From the sequence record SRR31156797_1009: a DNA stretch of 64,000 nt. One strand, 5' to 3'. The notes under the pieces were generated by a model. That model did no database searches, had not been told where the DNA came from, and saw only the letters and a program-made list of their open reading frames with translations. Made by a program: the position numbers and the translations under genes. Shown here piece after piece: positions 59,910-64,000 of this stretch (position 1 is its first letter; every line of letters begins with the position of its first letter).

Positions 59910-61226
59910 TTACATTCGTGCCACGCCAAGAAATATGGCGTGTAGGGTGACAACCAAAACAATAAACAATGTTCTGGCATTCTCACTGGATAATCCCGGA
60001 AAACTATATCCTATCTGCTTATGTGCGCAGGCAGACACACAATCACCGCACAGAGTACAGGAAAGGGCCGGACGTCCCAATTCCATCCTGCTTTCATCCA
60101 GCGCATTGTAGCGACACCTCGTGTAACAGGCCCCACACTTGGTACAATCTGAATCAATACGGATACGCCACGGTGATACTTTACCAATAATGTTAGCAAC
60201 CAGTCCCATGGGACAAAACGTGGTACAATGAGTCATCATGCCAGCCTTACGCGAAACAAATGCCATTATTCCCACGCCAACCAGGCCGAAAAGAACAGCG
60301 AATAAGACGGCCGAAGTCCCCGGCATTCCCATAAACCGCAAAATTAATGCTGTAGCAACTGTCAAAAGTAAGGTTGCCCCACGTCCGACAATGCTCAAAC
60401 GCTTCAGGACATCACTGTGCGCAGGACGTGGCCCAAGCCGACTCATGGCGTCATCCCATGCACCAATATAACAAAGATGACTACACCACGCCGGACCGAC
60501 CAAAAAGATCGTGACAGAGAACAAGATAAGCATAAAGAACCCACCGCCTCTGAACACAGGCCCACCAAGAATCAAGGCCGGAACCGGCAAATGAAGATCC
60601 CCGGTCATGAGCATCTGTTCCATGCCCAGCAGTCCCAGGCTCAATTGCAGAAAAAACAGTGCTGAAAACAATCCCCATATGCGTGGTCGAAGCGAATGAT
60701 GCCCGCGAGGTTGCATCATGCGCCCACCAATCCACTGAGCATACACACCCAGAGCAAAAATCTCTGTCCATCCCCATCCGGGCAGATAACGGTCAGCCAA
60801 CAATAGAGGGAATGGAGCCTTGGTTCGAGCCAGAAACAACCCCAAAATCGTCAAAGTAAAGATGGCCCCTCGTGCTACGGACTTCTCAGAAGCAACATAG
60901 AAATAATCCTTGGCGCGCTGACTCAACATGATCATCAAAGCAAAACCGTCAAACACGATAACACCCGCCATTATGGCGGTCAGTCGCTTCCATGGCAGAT
61001 CAAACGCCTGCCGAAAACTGATAAAATTCACAGTGGCGTCTGCCCAGATAAATCCACCCCACAAAAGAGCGGCAACGACACCCCAGCGAACCCACGCCTG
61101 ACGAGTAAACATAAATCCGGCCAAAATGACAAAAGAAACCATCAGGCCAAACTCACCCTGTCTGAGCGAATGAGCTGCCAGCAAAAGCAAGGCGAGCAAA
61201 GGTATGATCCAAAAAAACTTCTTCAC
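59910..61226 (-). CDS. Polytopic membrane 4Fe-4S protein (NapH/MauN-like C-terminus)
   Basis: Multiple TMs; WCSHLC, HCTTFCP, CTKCGACYTRC, CTLCGDCVSAC; GTG start behind GGAG. Confidence 0.82.
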   Translation of the reverse strand: MKKFFWIIPLLALLLLAAHSLRQGEFGLMVSFVILAGFMFTRQAWVRWGVVAALLWGGFIWADATVNFISFRQAFDLPWKRLTAIMAGVIVFDGFALMIMLSQRAKDYFYVASEKSVARGAIFTLTILGLFLARTKAPFPLLLADRYLPGWGWTEIFALGVYAQWIGGRMMQPRGHHSLRPRIWGLFSALFFLQLSLGLLGMEQMLMTGDLHLPVPALILGGPVFRGGGFFMLILFSVTIFLVGPAWCSHLCYIGAWDDAMSRLGPRPAHSDVLKRLSIVGRGATLLLTVATALILRFMGMPGTSAVLFAVLFGLVGVGIMAFVSRKAGMMTHCTTFCPMGLVANIIGKVSPWRIRIDSDCTKCGACYTRCRYNALDESRMELGRPALSCTLCGDCVSACAHKQIGYSFPGLSSENARTLFIVLVVTLHAIFLGVARM

Positions 61227-61275
61227 TGTTTCGTTCTCCGTGCCCAGACAATGAACATTTTTTTTGACGGGAACC

Positions 61276-61289
61276 ATGACTTAGGTCAA
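61276..61289. promoter_or_regulatory. Crp/Fnr-type box between regulator and divergent operon
   Basis: ATGAC-TTAG-GTCAA (minus strand TTGAC-N4-GTCAT), FNR-box geometry. Confidence 0.6.
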
Positions 61290-61327
61290 ATTACCGTATC
61301 ATAAAGAAAAATGGAGCAAATTATTTC

Positions 61328-62002
61328 ATGGATAAACTTGCAGCAGTCAAAGCCATAGCCTTCTTCGAAGGACTCCCCGAAGAAAAATTCACCAAGCTTG
61401 CAGATATTGCCGTTATAAAAAAATTCAAGAAGGGAGAGACCTTGTTCCTTGGCGATGTGCCAGCCCACGGATTCTTTGCGCCTGTCATTGGCAGGGTAAA
61501 GATTTTTCGAACATCCCCGGCTGGCAAGGAACAAATACTTCACATTTTTGGCCCGGGTGAGGCTGTGGGCGAGGTACCGGTTTTTCAAGGTGGCACATTC
61601 CCGGCCAATGGTCAGGCTCTGGAAAAACTGGAAACATTGTTTTTCCCACGCAACGATTTTGAACGCATTATCCGAGAGGACCCGGATTTAGCCATGAAAA
61701 TGATGGCCATGCTCTCTCAACGTCTTCGTATTCTGGTCAACAAAATTGATGACTTGAGCCTCAAGGAAACACCTGCACGTGTTGCATCGTACCTCCTGCT
61801 GCTGCGCTCCTCACAGGAATCAGCCTCCTTCAAGCTTGACCTCCCAAAAGGACAGATCGCACACTATCTCGGCACAATACAAGAAACATTATCCCGCATT
61901 TTCAAACGCTTTGCCGAAGATGAAATCATAAAAGTCAGCGGCAAGGAAATAACTATTCTGGATGAAATTGCTCTTCAGGAAATAGCTGACCAAGGACGAT
62001 AA
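61328..62002 (+). CDS. Crp/Fnr-family regulator, HcpR/Dnr-like
   Basis: cNMP-binding domain (GRVKIF, GKEQILH, GEVPVF), HTH LGTIQETLSRIF; no Fe-S cysteines. Confidence 0.88.
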   Translation: MDKLAAVKAIAFFEGLPEEKFTKLADIAVIKKFKKGETLFLGDVPAHGFFAPVIGRVKIFRTSPAGKEQILHIFGPGEAVGEVPVFQGGTFPANGQALEKLETLFFPRNDFERIIREDPDLAMKMMAMLSQRLRILVNKIDDLSLKETPARVASYLLLLRSSQESASFKLDLPKGQIAHYLGTIQETLSRIFKRFAEDEIIKVSGKEITILDEIALQEIADQGR

Positions 62003-62027
62003 AACGTCAAATTGAAACTCCAACCGC

Positions 62028-62064
62028 AAAAAGCCCGCTGTACAAGTGTACAGCGGGCTACTTT
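62028..62064. terminator. Bidirectional terminator
   Basis: AGCCCGCTGTACA-AG-TGTACAGCGGGCT between convergent genes. Confidence 0.75.
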
Positions 62065-62083
62065 CATAGCAACTAAAAAAAGA

Positions 62084-62350
62084 CTATTCTGCGATCTTGT
62101 TGATTGCCACCTGAAGGCGGGCAATACGGCGCTGAGCCTGACGCTGATGAATAATCTTTTTACGGGCGGCTCTGTCCAAAATGGACGTAGCGTCCTTCAG
62201 GGCCTCCAGTGCCTTTGCAACATCCTTCTCCTCAATGGCCACGCGAACAGCCTTGACGGTGTTCTTGATACGGGTCTTGGAAATGCGGTTGCGGGCGCGA
62301 CGCTTCAAGCTCTGACGGTGCCTCTTCAAGGCGGACTTGTGATTAGCCAA
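62084..62350 (-). CDS. rpsT: 30S ribosomal protein S20
   Basis: MANHKSALKRHRQSLKRRARN. Confidence 0.97.
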   Translation of the reverse strand: MANHKSALKRHRQSLKRRARNRISKTRIKNTVKAVRVAIEEKDVAKALEALKDATSILDRAARKKIIHQRQAQRRIARLQVAINKIAE

Positions 62351-62469
62351 GGTAATTTCTCCTGATCAATTTATTATCGTAGTAAAATGCTATTGCTTGT
62401 TATTATCCCCAAAGGGAGAGCCTTTTATATGGACTCTTCCTCTGATGTCAAGTGTTTTCTAAATAGAAA

Positions 62470-64000
62470 CTAGACTTGCAATGCGTTAAAATCAGCCAAA
62501 CGACTCAAGCGGTCAACCAGTGCTTTCAACAGATTCAACCGATTCAACCGGATATCCGCATCATCACACATAACCATAACGTTGTCGAAGAAACCATCCA
62601 CAGAAGGACGTAACTCTCCGAGAAGTCCGAACAACCCACCGAACTCACCGCTTTCCCACAGATCGTCGAAGCGAGGTGCGATCTCTTCCAGCTTGCTGCC
62701 GAAAGCCTGCTCATGCTCACCTTCAAACAAATCCGCATCATAGGAACCAGTCAGGGTCTGCCCTGCTTCATCCCCCTGCTTACGAATAATATTTGAAGCA
62801 CGTTTAAATGTGAGTACAGCCTGCTCGAAATCAGCTTCTTTACTAAACTCGCTCAACGCCTTCAGACGGGCCTTCAATGTACGGATGTCATTAAATCCGG
62901 CCCCCAAAGCGGCATCAACCACACGGGTTTCAAAACCGTGTCCGATAAACAAGGCGCGGAGACGCTGTCCAAAGAAATCCTTGAGCTTAACAAAAGCTTC
63001 CGGTTGCTCAACCTTCCATTTAACATCAGCATAGGCCCCCTGAGCTTCGCGGAGAAGCACATCAAGGTCCACATCAAGCTCATGCTCCATAATGATGCGG
63101 GAAATGCCGAGAGCGCAACGTCTGAGGGCGTAGGGGTCATTGGCGCCAGTAGGCACCTTGCCCAAACCGAAACAACCGGCCATGGTATCCACTTTATCCG
63201 CCATGGACACAAGTGCCCCCGCCAAACTGGACGGCACCGGAGTATCCGGGCCAGCCGGGAGATATTGCTCATAGATTCCCTGGGACACGATATCGCCCTT
63301 TCCGGCACGTTCAGCGTATATGCCACCCATCTTACCTTGCAAGCTGTCGAACTCGATGACCATTTCCGACACGAGGTCGGCCTTGGCCAAACGCCCGGCC
63401 ATGGCATACTTTTCAATTTCACCCGGCACTATGGACTTGGATTCGCCAAGAACTTCAGCCAGCTTGCCACACAGGGTTTCGATACGACGGGACTTGTCGC
63501 CTACGGAACCAAGAGGACCGAGAAAAACAACGTTTTCCAACTTGTCCAACCATGTTTCGAATTCAACCTTGCAGTCGGCTTCCCAGAAGAAACGCGCGTC
63601 TTCCAGGCGAGCCTTGAGCACACGCTCCCATCCTTTCTTGACCAAAGCCACATCCAGCGGCTCAATGTTCAAAGTCGTCAGGAAATGCGGCATCAATTTG
63701 CCATCCGGTCCTTGCACTCCAAAACTTTTCTGGTGTGACTGCATGGACGTCAACAATACCTCGCGCGGCAATTCAAGATACAAGGCGTCAATGTCACCAA
63801 TAAGCGGCTTGGGATATTCAACGAGATTGGCAACTTCTTCAAGCAATCCGTCGTGCCAAACGATCTCTCCGCCAAGTTCCTTGGCCAAACGATCGCCCTC
63901 TGCAATGATGGTCTTCTTCCGTTCTTCCGGGTCGATGACAACCTTGCAATCATTCTTGATGACAGAAAAATAATCGGCAGTAGAATTGACCACATGAGGA
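62470..64000 (-). CDS. glyS: Glycine--tRNA ligase beta subunit (5' end outside window)
   Basis: LVEYP, ARLEDARFF, KADLVSEMV.EF..LQG.MG, DPYALRR, FFDNVMV, NRLNLL. Confidence 0.95.
   Translation of the reverse strand, partial: PHVVNSTADYFSVIKNDCKVVIDPEERKKTIIAEGDRLAKELGGEIVWHDGLLEEVANLVEYPKPLIGDIDALYLELPREVLLTSMQSHQKSFGVQGPDGKLMPHFLTTLNIEPLDVALVKKGWERVLKARLEDARFFWEADCKVEFETWLDKLENVVFLGPLGSVGDKSRRIETLCGKLAEVLGESKSIVPGEIEKYAMAGRLAKADLVSEMVIEFDSLQGKMGGIYAERAGKGDIVSQGIYEQYLPAGPDTPVPSSLAGALVSMADKVDTMAGCFGLGKVPTGANDPYALRRCALGISRIIMEHELDVDLDVLLREAQGAYADVKWKVEQPEAFVKLKDFFGQRLRALFIGHGFETRVVDAALGAGFNDIRTLKARLKALSEFSKEADFEQAVLTFKRASNIIRKQGDEAGQTLTGSYDADLFEGEHEQAFGSKLEEIAPRFDDLWESGEFGGLFGLLGELRPSVDGFFDNVMVMCDDADIRLNRLNLLKALVDRLSRLADFNALQV

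Noticed and set aside
1-64000. CRISPR array, cas genes, rRNA
   Set aside because: No regularly spaced repeats or such genes seen by eye.

Overview
Chromosomal window from a sulfate-reducing Desulfovibrionaceae-like bacterium (Pseudodesulfovibrio-like; inferred from gene content and order). The flanks (1-27.2 kb and 57.7-64 kb) are housekeeping: tRNA 3' end, flagellin-like gene with a sigma-28 promoter, ilvBN with a Val-rich attenuator leader, a REC-PAS-GGDEF-EAL gene, nifU-nifS-cysK-cysE, ileS-lspA, cheZ, mgtE, nadCAB, trkAH, an HcpR-like Crp/Fnr regulator with a divergent Fe-S/nitrosative-stress-type operon, rpsT and glyS. The centre is a 30.46-kb integrative element (27198-57659) bounded by a 6-bp direct repeat (ACAGCA; TGC-TGT = Cys-Cys on the coding strand). 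It splits a small nitrite/sulfite-reductase-type siroheme/4Fe-4S gene exactly at its cofactor-ligand motif. The element encodes three tyrosine recombinases plus a small partner (GInt/ginABCD-like). An extra TnpC/GmtX-like, RecD2 helicase and metallophosphoesterase module sits inside that operon. The operon ends with an intact homolog (~64% aa identity, hand count) of the very gene the element disrupted. Cargo: a cusCBA-type Cu/Ag efflux operon with a Met-rich periplasmic protein, a PP2C phosphatase, a His-less kinase, a cytochrome c, and a nested intact 8.1-kb Tn3-family transposon (38-bp IRs, TTATA target duplication) carrying a ZraSR/ZraP-like module. All product calls are from motif recognition by eye; no database search was run.
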